From NCBI GenBank assembly GCA_004524365.1, contig SDNL01000001.1, positions 1 through 55,831 on the forward strand: a stretch of DNA of 55,831 nt, given 5' to 3'. Shown here piece after piece: positions 18,929 through 27,871 of this stretch. Within the stretch, counting starts at the first letter, position 1; every line of letters begins with the position of its first letter. The notes beneath the pieces were generated by a model. The model was not told the DNA's origin, searched no databases, and was given only the letters and a program-made list of their open reading frames with translations. The DNA is from Promethearchaeota archaeon. GTDB taxonomy: Archaea; Asgardarchaeota; Lokiarchaeia; Sigyniarchaeales; SOKP01. Both the position numbers and the translations under genes were made by a program.

Positions 18929-19987
18929 TTAGATTATTAATTGGTATTGTGTCCCTAGGTTCTTAAGCTCTCCATACTCTGAGACTCTATCTAATACAAA
19001 CTCTCTTTCCTCCTTCCATTTATCAATAGAGAGAGAAAACTCAAAAACTAAATCTTCCTGGTTAATAATTGTTATCCAATTTATATTTTTAAAAAAATTA
19101 AGAACTCCTTTTGCTTTTGATTTCTGTGAGCTGGTAAATCTTTCAATATCTTGTTTTATTTTTGAAAACCATTCTTCCATTGCCATTGGGGATTTAAATT
19201 TCAAGGCGATATTATTATCCTTCGCCATTTTTATCCATAAATGACAAGAATTGTCATCCAAAATTCTGAAAAAATTAACCAATTCTTTAACATTCTTTTT
19301 CATTAATTCTTTTCTTTTCTCTAGTAGTAGGTCCTTCTTTCCAAATAGAGGTTTGGGTTCAATATCATATCGGATATAATTTTCTTTTTCGGAATATACA
19401 ATTTTGTTTATTTTAAATCCTAAAAAGCCTAAAATCCCTATAATTAATTTAGCATTATGAAAATGAAGGTTTTTATAATTACCGATATGTTCCACTGAAT
19501 AAGAGTCTCCCCTTACTTCAATATTAGACTTATTAATTATTCTATTGGATATAAAATACTTATTAAATTCTTTAAATAAATTATTCACATTTCCCTTCGA
19601 ATAGTCTTTTTTATCAATAAATAATTCTTTAGACCTTAGAAATAGTTGAGGGATTTGATCATATTCAGGGATTATATACTTATTTAAGGAGATACTTGTT
19701 TCAAGATCGGGAATTATAGCTTTGAATGTAATGTCATCGAAAAAACCACGAATATCTTTATGAGCGATTTTTTCAAGATCCTCAAGAGTTTTCCCACTCT
19801 TAAGAGCAGACAAAGTTTTGTCCATTACAAATGTAAAAAAGGCAGAGATACTTTTATATCGATCATCATTAGGATTATTTTCCTGCATATCCTCAATATA
19901 TGAAATAATTGCTTGTCGAAGTGCTGGAGAGATAGATATTGTTTGTCGTGTTATTTTTTTATCCGATAAAACTCTTTTATTAGTCAT
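18929..19987 (-). CDS. Hypothetical protein, paralogue B (possible ribbon-helix-helix N-terminus)
   Basis: RQTISISPALRQAIISY..NPNDDRYKSISAFFTFVMDKTLSALKSGKTLEDLE and a C-terminal HLWIKMAKDNN... align with paralogue A. The two genes are convergent. Confidence 0.5.
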   Translation of the reverse strand: MTNKRVLSDKKITRQTISISPALRQAIISYIEDMQENNPNDDRYKSISAFFTFVMDKTLSALKSGKTLEDLEKIAHKDIRGFFDDITFKAIIPDLETSISLNKYIIPEYDQIPQLFLRSKELFIDKKDYSKGNVNNLFKEFNKYFISNRIINKSNIEVRGDSYSVEHIGNYKNLHFHNAKLIIGILGFLGFKINKIVYSEKENYIRYDIEPKPLFGKKDLLLEKRKELMKKNVKELVNFFRILDDNSCHLWIKMAKDNNIALKFKSPMAMEEWFSKIKQDIERFTSSQKSKAKGVLNFFKNINWITIINQEDLVFEFSLSIDKWKEEREFVLDRVSEYGELKNLGTQYQLII

Positions 19988-20095
19988 ATTTACTAGACAA
20001 ATTCAATTTCTTATATTAAAAAAAATTAAGTTTTTATAAATTATTTATATAGTTTTAAAATAGATTTTAAAATAAATATTTACTATCTTAGATAT

Positions 20096-22012
20096 ATGAG
20101 TAAATATGATTACAACGAACTTGGCTTGAAATGTGGTTTAGAAATCCATCAACAACTTGATTCTGAAACAAAACTATTCTGTAGATGCCCTAATGGACTT
20201 CAAGGCACAAGAGAACCAGACTTTACTATAACGAGAGAAATGAGGCCAGTTTTAGGTGAGATGGGAACCTATGATAAGGCAATGCTCACAGAATATAAAA
20301 AGGGGATGAACATCGTTTACGAATGTTATAATGATGTAATATGTACTTATGAAATGGATGAGACTCCTCCTTTTAAATGTAACGAGGAAGCTAAACAAAT
20401 CGCGATAAAAATCGCCCTTCTGCTAAATTCGAATATTATTAAAGAAATGCATGTCTGTAGAAAGAATTATTTAGATGGTAGCGTACCATGTGGGTTTCAA
20501 CGAACGATGATTCTGGCAAAGGGTGGTTTTATAGAATTAGAAAAAGGAAAAAAGATTGGGATTGATATTGTATGTTTAGAAGAAGATGCAGCAAGAAGAA
20601 CGAAAAAGGAAAGAAAAACTAATTATTTTAGATTAGATAGGTTGGGTATACCTTTAGTCGAAATTACTACAAAACCAGATATTAATGATCCTGATGAATG
20701 TAGAGAATGTGCTGAGCGATTAGGAATGTTATTATGGTCCACAAAAGTTAAACGGATTTTAGGTTCAATTCGACAAGATATAAATGTAAGCATCAAAGAA
20801 GGTACTCGCATTGAAATAAAGGGAGTACAAAAATTGGATTGGATACCTATTTTAATTAATCATGAAGTTTCCAGACAGAAGGAACTAATTAAAATAAAAA
20901 AACAATTACAATCATTAAGTTTGAATAAGAATAAAGTATCAGGAAAACCGAAAGACCTATCAAAAGATTTAGCAAACACTCAATGCAAATTTATTGGAAA
21001 AGGAATAAAAAATGGAAAAAGGGTGTTTGGAATTAATTTTAAGAATTTTAAGGGTATTTTTGGAACTGAACTGATGCCAGACTACCGATTCGGTACAGAA
21101 GTTAGTAATAAGGTCCAATCCATTTCTGGATTGAAAGGATTAATTCATTCTGACGAAAATCTTCCGAAATATGGGTTTAGTAAGGAAGATATCACAAATA
21201 TAAAAAAAGGGTTAAATTCAACTAATAACGATTGCTTTATTTTAATTTTAGGTGATCAAAAAGAGATTAAAAGCGCTATTGAAGTTATTTTGGATCGTGT
21301 CGATTATGCATTTGAAGGAGTTCCCCCAGAAACCAGACGAGCGCTCGAAAATGGAAATACAGAATTCCTAAGGGAGCTTCACGGGGGTGCAAGACTATAT
21401 CCTGATACAGACTCTCAAGCTATTATCAATACTGATGATGAAATTAATAATATAAAATCTCAAGTTCCTGATTATCCATGGGAAATAATTAATTCATACT
21501 CCAATAAGTATCAAACAGAACAAAGAGTTATTAAAGATTTAATCTTCACCAATAAATTATCTTTATTCGAAGAACTTATTCAAATTTATCCAGAAGATCC
21601 AACTTTAATTTTTACAACATTATTAGAAACAACCACTGCCCTTCAACGTGATGGAAAAGAAATGGAGCATATAAAAGACAGAGATTTCATACATATTTTT
21701 AGATTGCTAGAAGAAAAGGAAATAGGTAAAGAAGCCATTGAGAATATACTTGCTTATAAAGCAGATAATCCCAAATTATCTATAGAAGAAGTAAAAGAAA
21801 AACTTCATCTTGAAAGTGTTGATAAAAACGAACTTAAAGAAATATTAACTAAAATAGCGAATAAAAATGAAAAATTAATAAAAGAACGCCAAATGGGGGC
21901 AATGGGTCCTTTAATGGGAGACGCAATGAAAGAATTACGTGGCAAAATAGATGGATCTATAATTTCAAAAGAATTGCAAAATATAATAAAAAATAAATTA
22001 AAGGAGATGTAA
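20096..22012 (+). CDS. gatE: Glutamyl-tRNA(Gln) amidotransferase subunit E
   Basis: LKCGLEIHQQL start, a GatB/E catalytic core with the archaeal insertion, a ~630 aa length, and an adjacent gatD. Confidence 0.9.
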   Translation: MSKYDYNELGLKCGLEIHQQLDSETKLFCRCPNGLQGTREPDFTITREMRPVLGEMGTYDKAMLTEYKKGMNIVYECYNDVICTYEMDETPPFKCNEEAKQIAIKIALLLNSNIIKEMHVCRKNYLDGSVPCGFQRTMILAKGGFIELEKGKKIGIDIVCLEEDAARRTKKERKTNYFRLDRLGIPLVEITTKPDINDPDECRECAERLGMLLWSTKVKRILGSIRQDINVSIKEGTRIEIKGVQKLDWIPILINHEVSRQKELIKIKKQLQSLSLNKNKVSGKPKDLSKDLANTQCKFIGKGIKNGKRVFGINFKNFKGIFGTELMPDYRFGTEVSNKVQSISGLKGLIHSDENLPKYGFSKEDITNIKKGLNSTNNDCFILILGDQKEIKSAIEVILDRVDYAFEGVPPETRRALENGNTEFLRELHGGARLYPDTDSQAIINTDDEINNIKSQVPDYPWEIINSYSNKYQTEQRVIKDLIFTNKLSLFEELIQIYPEDPTLIFTTLLETTTALQRDGKEMEHIKDRDFIHIFRLLEEKEIGKEAIENILAYKADNPKLSIEEVKEKLHLESVDKNELKEILTKIANKNEKLIKERQMGAMGPLMGDAMKELRGKIDGSIISKELQNIIKNKLKEM

Positions 22013-22016
22013 ATAC

Positions 22017-23375
22017 ATGGCTAAAAAACTCGAAGGATATAAAGGAAAAGCGAAAAATATCTTAGATAAGCAAAGCTTTGAAACTTGGGATATTTTAAAT
22101 ATCAAAACGGAGAAAACTGAATATCAAGGAATATTATTACCTCGCAATGAATATTCTAGACCTGAATTTATTGAGATAAAACTCAAAAATAACTATAATA
22201 TTGGTATTTATGTAGATGATATAATGGAAATCACAAAAATTGGGACTGAGAAGGCTGATTACAAAATACCTGAAAAAAAGTTTCCAAAAACAAAAGGGTT
22301 TCCCGAGGTTAAATTATTAGGTACAGGAGGTACAGTTGCATCACGCTTAGATTATACCACTGGGGCGGTTATTCCTGCATTTACACCCGGGGAACTCTTT
22401 AGTGCAGTTCCGGAATTGGCTGAAATCTGTAATTTAGAAACTGAAATATTGTTTAAGATCCTTTCGGAAAATATGAAACCCGAATATTGGAAAAAATTAG
22501 CAGAAAAAATCGCAGAAGAAGCAAATAATGGAAAAGATGGTATTATTATCGCCCACGGAACAGATACAATGGGTTATACCTCCGCAGCATTATCATTCAT
22601 GTTAAAAGATTTATCAATACCCGTCGTTCTTGTCGGGAGCCAGAGAAGTTCTGATCGTCCTTCTTCTGATGCTCCTTTAAATCTAATTAATGCCGCAACA
22701 GTTGCCACATCCAATATCGCAGAAGTTATGGTGGTTATGTTAGGCTCAACATCTCATGAATATGGTCTAATTCACAGAGGAACTCTTGTTAGAAAGATGC
22801 ATACATCCTATAGAAACACATTTAGAACTATCGATGATATACCAATGGGAATGGTAAAAAACCGCCAGATAAAAATGTTTAAAGAGGATTATAATGAAAA
22901 GAATAAGGGTAAAACCAAGGCTATGACCAATTTTGAAGAAAAAATCGCTCTAATTTATTCTTATCCGGGATTGACCGAGGATCAAATTAATTTTTATATA
23001 AAGAATGGATATAAGGGTATAGTTTTTGCAGGGACAGGGTTAGGTCATGTAAGTACTCAAGTTTACAGTGCGATAGAAAAAGCAATTGATGAAAATATAA
23101 TTGTATTAATGACCGCTGAACCTCTTCATGGTTTCACTGGTATGAACGTTTATTCTACAGGTAGGGAACTTTTAGATTTAGGTGTTATTCCCGGGAGAAA
23201 CATGATCCCCGAAGTGGGATATGTGAAATTAGGATGGGTTTTGGGACAAACAACTAATTTAAAAGACGCAAAAGAATTACTTTTAACAAACCTGGCAGGG
23301 GAATTCCTCCCCCGTGAAAAACCAATCGCCTTTAATTATGATATAGATTCTCTTCTTCGTAATGATAAATTATAA
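22017..23375 (+). CDS. gatD: Glutamyl-tRNA(Gln) amidotransferase subunit D (asparaginase-like)
   Basis: LGTGGTVASR and HGTDTMGYT asparaginase motifs. A GGAG sequence 10 nt upstream lies inside the gatE 3' end. Confidence 0.9.
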   Translation: MAKKLEGYKGKAKNILDKQSFETWDILNIKTEKTEYQGILLPRNEYSRPEFIEIKLKNNYNIGIYVDDIMEITKIGTEKADYKIPEKKFPKTKGFPEVKLLGTGGTVASRLDYTTGAVIPAFTPGELFSAVPELAEICNLETEILFKILSENMKPEYWKKLAEKIAEEANNGKDGIIIAHGTDTMGYTSAALSFMLKDLSIPVVLVGSQRSSDRPSSDAPLNLINAATVATSNIAEVMVVMLGSTSHEYGLIHRGTLVRKMHTSYRNTFRTIDDIPMGMVKNRQIKMFKEDYNEKNKGKTKAMTNFEEKIALIYSYPGLTEDQINFYIKNGYKGIVFAGTGLGHVSTQVYSAIEKAIDENIIVLMTAEPLHGFTGMNVYSTGRELLDLGVIPGRNMIPEVGYVKLGWVLGQTTNLKDAKELLLTNLAGEFLPREKPIAFNYDIDSLLRNDKL

Positions 23376-23584
23376 CTCAAATTTTCTATTTTTCTTTTTT
23401 GATTAAAAAGAATTAATTATATTCTTTTTTTTGAGAAATAAATTTAATAAGCTTATTTTTCTTGGATTTAATAGATAAAGTATAATTATATTATTGATAT
23501 GGGATCATTCAGTAATATAAAGACAAAATAATCCCGACTAAGAAAATATCTTAAAAAATTAAATCAATTACGGTTATAATACTA

Positions 23585-25057
23585 ATGGAGCATTTGAAAA
23601 GACAATTATCGAAGGAAAATAATTTAATGCAGATTTTATTTGAGGAAAATCCTTATATGATTAATTTACTTGATAAAGAAGGAAAGTTTTTATATGCCAA
23701 CCGAAAGTTCCTAAAAAGAATTGGGTTATCCTTCGAAAATATTAGGGAAAAAACGATTTTTGATTTATTTAACTTTCAACAACCGGAAAAAATAAGAAAA
23801 GCAAGAAGGAAATTAAAAAATGGAGAGACCATAAAGAATCTTAAGATTGAACTTAATACTAAAAATAAGGAAAATCGTTTTTTTAAAATATATGCATTTC
23901 CATTAGGGGAAAAACATAATTATTCTAGCTTTCTAATTGTAGTTACTGATATATCTCGTCGTGAAAAAGTAAAAAAACAATTAAAAGAGCTGTCAGACAT
24001 TACTCTAAATAGTGCAGATTCCATTATTAAGACAAATAAACAGTTTGAGATTACCTATATGAATCCGGCAGCAGAGGAACTATATGGGTGGAAATTGGAA
24101 GATGCTCGTGGAAAAACCCCTGCTATCTTTAATGCGGCCCCAAATGTAGAGACATTTCAAAATAAAATTTATAAAACAGTTAATTCAGGTCAAATATATA
24201 AGGGTACTTACTTAAATAAACGAAAAGATGGAACATTATTCTATTGTGAAATGAAAATATCGCCCCTGTTTGACGAAAAAGGGGATATATATGCATTCAC
24301 CAGCTCACAAAGAGACGTCACCCCGCGAATCCAAGCAGAGAAACATCTTAAGGAAGCTCTCGCTAAATCAGACTTTTATAGGGATTTACTTGCTCATGAT
24401 ATGGGTAATATACTCAACAACATTCAATCTTCAATACAATTACTCGAACTTTTAGATTCCAATCAAGAAATGTCTAAAGAAAAAAAGGATGCTATGAATA
24501 TTATTAAGAAACAAGTAAAACGGGGGTCTTCATTGATTTCAAATGTGCGAAAACTTTCAGATATAAATGGTATTGAACTTCCCCTAAAAACTATAGAGAT
24601 TAAAGGATTTATTACTAGTGCTTTTAAAGATATCTGCTCACGATTTCAAGAGAGGGAAGTAGAAGTGAGGAGAAATATTCCAAAAGACGCTATTAAGGTG
24701 GAAGCGGGAGATCTCCTACTAGATGTATTTGAAAACATATTAATTAATGGTTGTATACATAATGATTCCAAAAAAATTGAATTAGAGATTAATGTTTCTA
24801 AAATAAGAAAAAATGAAGAAAGGTACATTCAAGTGGAATTCAAGGATAATGGGATAGGGATTATTGATGAGAATAAAGAAAGTATATTCCAAAGAAGTAT
24901 TAAAAGAGGAAAGAGTAAAGGGGGAATGGGATTAGGTTTATCCTTAGTAAAAAGCATTATAGAACAATATAATGGAAAAATTTGGGTAGAGAACCGAATC
25001 GAGGGGGATTATACTCAAGGTAGCAATTTTATCATTCTTCTTAAAGAAGCTCTTTAA
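23585..25057 (+). CDS. PAS-PAS sensor histidine kinase (soluble)
   Basis: Two PAS-like blocks (for example ITYMNPAAEELYGW...GT..NKRKDGTLFYCEMKISP), the H-box LAHDMGNILNNI, the N-box NILINGCIHN, and G-boxes DNGIGI / GGMGLGLSLVKSI. Confidence 0.8.
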   Translation: MEHLKRQLSKENNLMQILFEENPYMINLLDKEGKFLYANRKFLKRIGLSFENIREKTIFDLFNFQQPEKIRKARRKLKNGETIKNLKIELNTKNKENRFFKIYAFPLGEKHNYSSFLIVVTDISRREKVKKQLKELSDITLNSADSIIKTNKQFEITYMNPAAEELYGWKLEDARGKTPAIFNAAPNVETFQNKIYKTVNSGQIYKGTYLNKRKDGTLFYCEMKISPLFDEKGDIYAFTSSQRDVTPRIQAEKHLKEALAKSDFYRDLLAHDMGNILNNIQSSIQLLELLDSNQEMSKEKKDAMNIIKKQVKRGSSLISNVRKLSDINGIELPLKTIEIKGFITSAFKDICSRFQEREVEVRRNIPKDAIKVEAGDLLLDVFENILINGCIHNDSKKIELEINVSKIRKNEERYIQVEFKDNGIGIIDENKESIFQRSIKRGKSKGGMGLGLSLVKSIIEQYNGKIWVENRIEGDYTQGSNFIILLKEAL

Positions 25058-25200
25058 ATCATAGTTCTATAATAATCTCTTTAATATTGTGTCTTCCAAA
25101 AAAAATCGTTTCTCTCTTCATTTTTCTTCTTTAAAAAAATATTTAAATATGATTGAATATTTAAATCTTAATCTCAATTATCAATGAAATGTGATCTCTA

Positions 25201-26097
25201 ATGGGCTTTAAAAAAATGAAAAAAGCATATAATGCATCTGCAAAAATAATGGAGAAACGGATGGAAAAGGAACGCCCAGAAGACTTTCAAATTTTAAAAA
25301 AAGTTTCTAAATCATCTATTGTGATAGTTAAAGGAACATACGATAAAGTGGAATTAGTTTTAGATCTTATTAATATTCCATATCTCTTAATAGATTCTAA
25401 TCAATTTAATCAAATTGAACTAAATCCTAACCAAATTCTAATAATTAACTGTCCCGGAAACGGTATGGAAGAAAGTCTTACTAAAATTAAGGATTTTGTT
25501 AAACAAGGAGGCTTCTTATTTACAACCGATTGGGCTTTATCAACAATTTTAGAACAAATCTTCCCTGATTTTTTAAAATATAATCAAAGACCAACGCAAG
25601 ATGATTGCGTCGCAGTTGAAATAGTTGATAAAAATAATAAATTTCTTGAGGGAATATTTAAAGCTGATGAAAAACCAATTTGGTGGTTAGAAAGTTCCTC
25701 CTATCCTATTCAAATATTAGATCCTAAAAAGGTTCAAATATTGGTCAAAAGCGAGGAAATGAAGCAAAAATATGGTCAAGATCCTATTGTTATTACTTTT
25801 AACTATGGAGATGGTGGGACCGTTTTACATATGACCAGCCACTACTATCTTCAGCGTTCTGAATTACGGACAAACCGTCATATGAAATCAGCTGCAGACT
25901 ATGCTATGGAGGAGATGGCTTTTTCAAAAGAAGAAGTAATGGAAATCGAAAAAGAACTTAATGGTGTGTCATTAGGAGAGGCTGAATCAGCATATTCTAC
26001 AACCCAGTTTCTCGGTAATGTTATTATTGAGCAACAGAAAAAAGTGAATAAACGATTGACTAAAAAGAAATCAGTTGAAAATAAAGAATCCAAATAA
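25201..26097 (+). CDS. Hypothetical protein (possibly a class-I glutamine-amidotransferase-like / ThuA-like fold)
   Basis: ILIINCPGNG...IKDFVKQGGFLFTTDWAL is reminiscent of GATase1-like folds, but I see no catalytic motif. The coding call rests on ORF length and position. Confidence 0.35.
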   Translation: MGFKKMKKAYNASAKIMEKRMEKERPEDFQILKKVSKSSIVIVKGTYDKVELVLDLINIPYLLIDSNQFNQIELNPNQILIINCPGNGMEESLTKIKDFVKQGGFLFTTDWALSTILEQIFPDFLKYNQRPTQDDCVAVEIVDKNNKFLEGIFKADEKPIWWLESSSYPIQILDPKKVQILVKSEEMKQKYGQDPIVITFNYGDGGTVLHMTSHYYLQRSELRTNRHMKSAADYAMEEMAFSKEEVMEIEKELNGVSLGEAESAYSTTQFLGNVIIEQQKKVNKRLTKKKSVENKESK

Positions 26098-26213
26098 TTC
26101 ACCTTTTTTTCTTTTCCTTAAGAAAATTGTATTAACGAAAAAGAAGATATAAAAAAACAAATATTATTATTATTTTTATAATCATACAATAAGTATTTTA
26201 TAATGATTTTAAT

Positions 26214-27773
26214 TTGCCCATCAAAGTCCTAATTGCTGAAGATTCTGCTTTTGTAAGAAAAAAAATTTCACAAATATTATCATCTAATAATTTAATAGAG
26301 GTTGTTGCAGCGGCAAAAAATGGAGAAGAAGCAGTCGAATTAACATTAAAGTATCTTCCCGATGTCCTAATCTTGGATCTATTAATGCCGAAGATGAATG
26401 GATTAGAAGCATTTAAGAGAATTATGAATGAATACACGGTTCCCACTATAATTTTATCTAGCATGGGACCTAGCAATTTAGATTCATCTATCCAAGCACT
26501 TATAATTGGTGCCTTTGATTATATAATGAAGCCGGGTACTCTTAAAGGGGAAAGTCTAACTCATTTCAAAGATATTTTAATTGATAAAGTAAAACTAGCA
26601 TCTAAATCCCACTTTAAAAGAGCAGATGATAAAAATGAGAAAAAATTTACCCAAATATCCCCCCGGCAAAAATTAGTCAATGAAATATTTGAATTTGGAC
26701 GATTTTTAAAAAAAATTGAGTCATCTGATAAGTCAAATTCAAAGACAAAACTCAAAAATATAGAAGATTTGAATTCAGTTCAAAAGAATGTCCCTCTTTC
26801 CGAATTTAAGCGTCATAAAAAGAATAAAAAAGAAAAAAAAAGAGTTCCAAAAAACATAGAAAAAGATTCTAAGGATGTAAAAAAACCTAAGAATAAAACA
26901 TCAATTAAGAATAAAAACGGGAAAAAGAAAGAATTATTAAAAAAAACCAAAACTTTTAAAGAAAGCGAAAACAATGCCAAAGAAAATAAGAATGGTAAAA
27001 GAAAATATGATAACTATTCTAAGTCTGTGAAGCAAACTTCAAAAGAAACTCCAATACTTAGTGGGAATTTAAAAAAATCTAATTTATACCCAGATCAAAT
27101 AAGTAAAGATATTAATTTAGAAAATAAAGATAAAAAAACATCTCTTACAGCGATTGATCTTCTCTCAAATAGAAATTTTCAAAAATCAAATATAAAAATA
27201 CATAGGAAATTAATAGTTATAGGTGCATCTGTGGGCGGCCCCCAAACAATTAAAACAATCCTAAAAAAACTCCCTAAGGATTATCCATTCCCAATTATCA
27301 TTGTGCAACATCTAAATTCAAAATTTATCAAACCATTTGCACAATCCATGGACGAATTATGTCCAATAAAGGTAAAGGTTGCTGAACACAATGAATTAAT
27401 AAAATCAAGTGTTGTATATATTGCCCCTGGAGAAAAGCATATTAAAGTATCCACAAAAAATCATTATCCAAGTATAAAAATATTTAATGATATTTCTATT
27501 AATTTTTGCAAACCTTCAATTGATATATTATTTATTTCGGCTTCACAAGTATATAAAAATCGGGTAGTAGGGATTTTACTAACAGGTATGGGTAAAGATG
27601 GGGTAAAAGGAATAAAATACATTTACAACAATAATGGATTTACGATATCTGAATCAGAAGAAACTGCTATTTTATATGGGATGCCAAAATTTGCAGTTGA
27701 AAAGGGTGTGGTAAACAAGAGCTTACCAATTGATAAAATTTCCGAATTACTAATTAGATATTCTAATACATAG
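26214..27773 (+). CDS. cheB: CheB methylesterase with receiver domain and an unusually long Lys-rich linker
   Basis: N-terminal REC domain (VLIAEDSAFVRK...LILDLLMPKMNG...). C-terminal esterase with GASVGGP (Ser), QHLN (His) and GMGKDG (Asp). About 200 aa of K/N/S-rich sequence lies between them. TTG start. Confidence 0.85.
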   Translation: MPIKVLIAEDSAFVRKKISQILSSNNLIEVVAAAKNGEEAVELTLKYLPDVLILDLLMPKMNGLEAFKRIMNEYTVPTIILSSMGPSNLDSSIQALIIGAFDYIMKPGTLKGESLTHFKDILIDKVKLASKSHFKRADDKNEKKFTQISPRQKLVNEIFEFGRFLKKIESSDKSNSKTKLKNIEDLNSVQKNVPLSEFKRHKKNKKEKKRVPKNIEKDSKDVKKPKNKTSIKNKNGKKKELLKKTKTFKESENNAKENKNGKRKYDNYSKSVKQTSKETPILSGNLKKSNLYPDQISKDINLENKDKKTSLTAIDLLSNRNFQKSNIKIHRKLIVIGASVGGPQTIKTILKKLPKDYPFPIIIVQHLNSKFIKPFAQSMDELCPIKVKVAEHNELIKSSVVYIAPGEKHIKVSTKNHYPSIKIFNDISINFCKPSIDILFISASQVYKNRVVGILLTGMGKDGVKGIKYIYNNNGFTISESEETAILYGMPKFAVEKGVVNKSLPIDKISELLIRYSNT

Positions 27774-27871
27774 CTATACAAAGTAAAGGAATTGAACGAT
27801 TTAAGATAAATCTCATATATATAACAAAAACATATGTTTTTAAGTATGTTCTATATTATTTTTGTAGAAAT

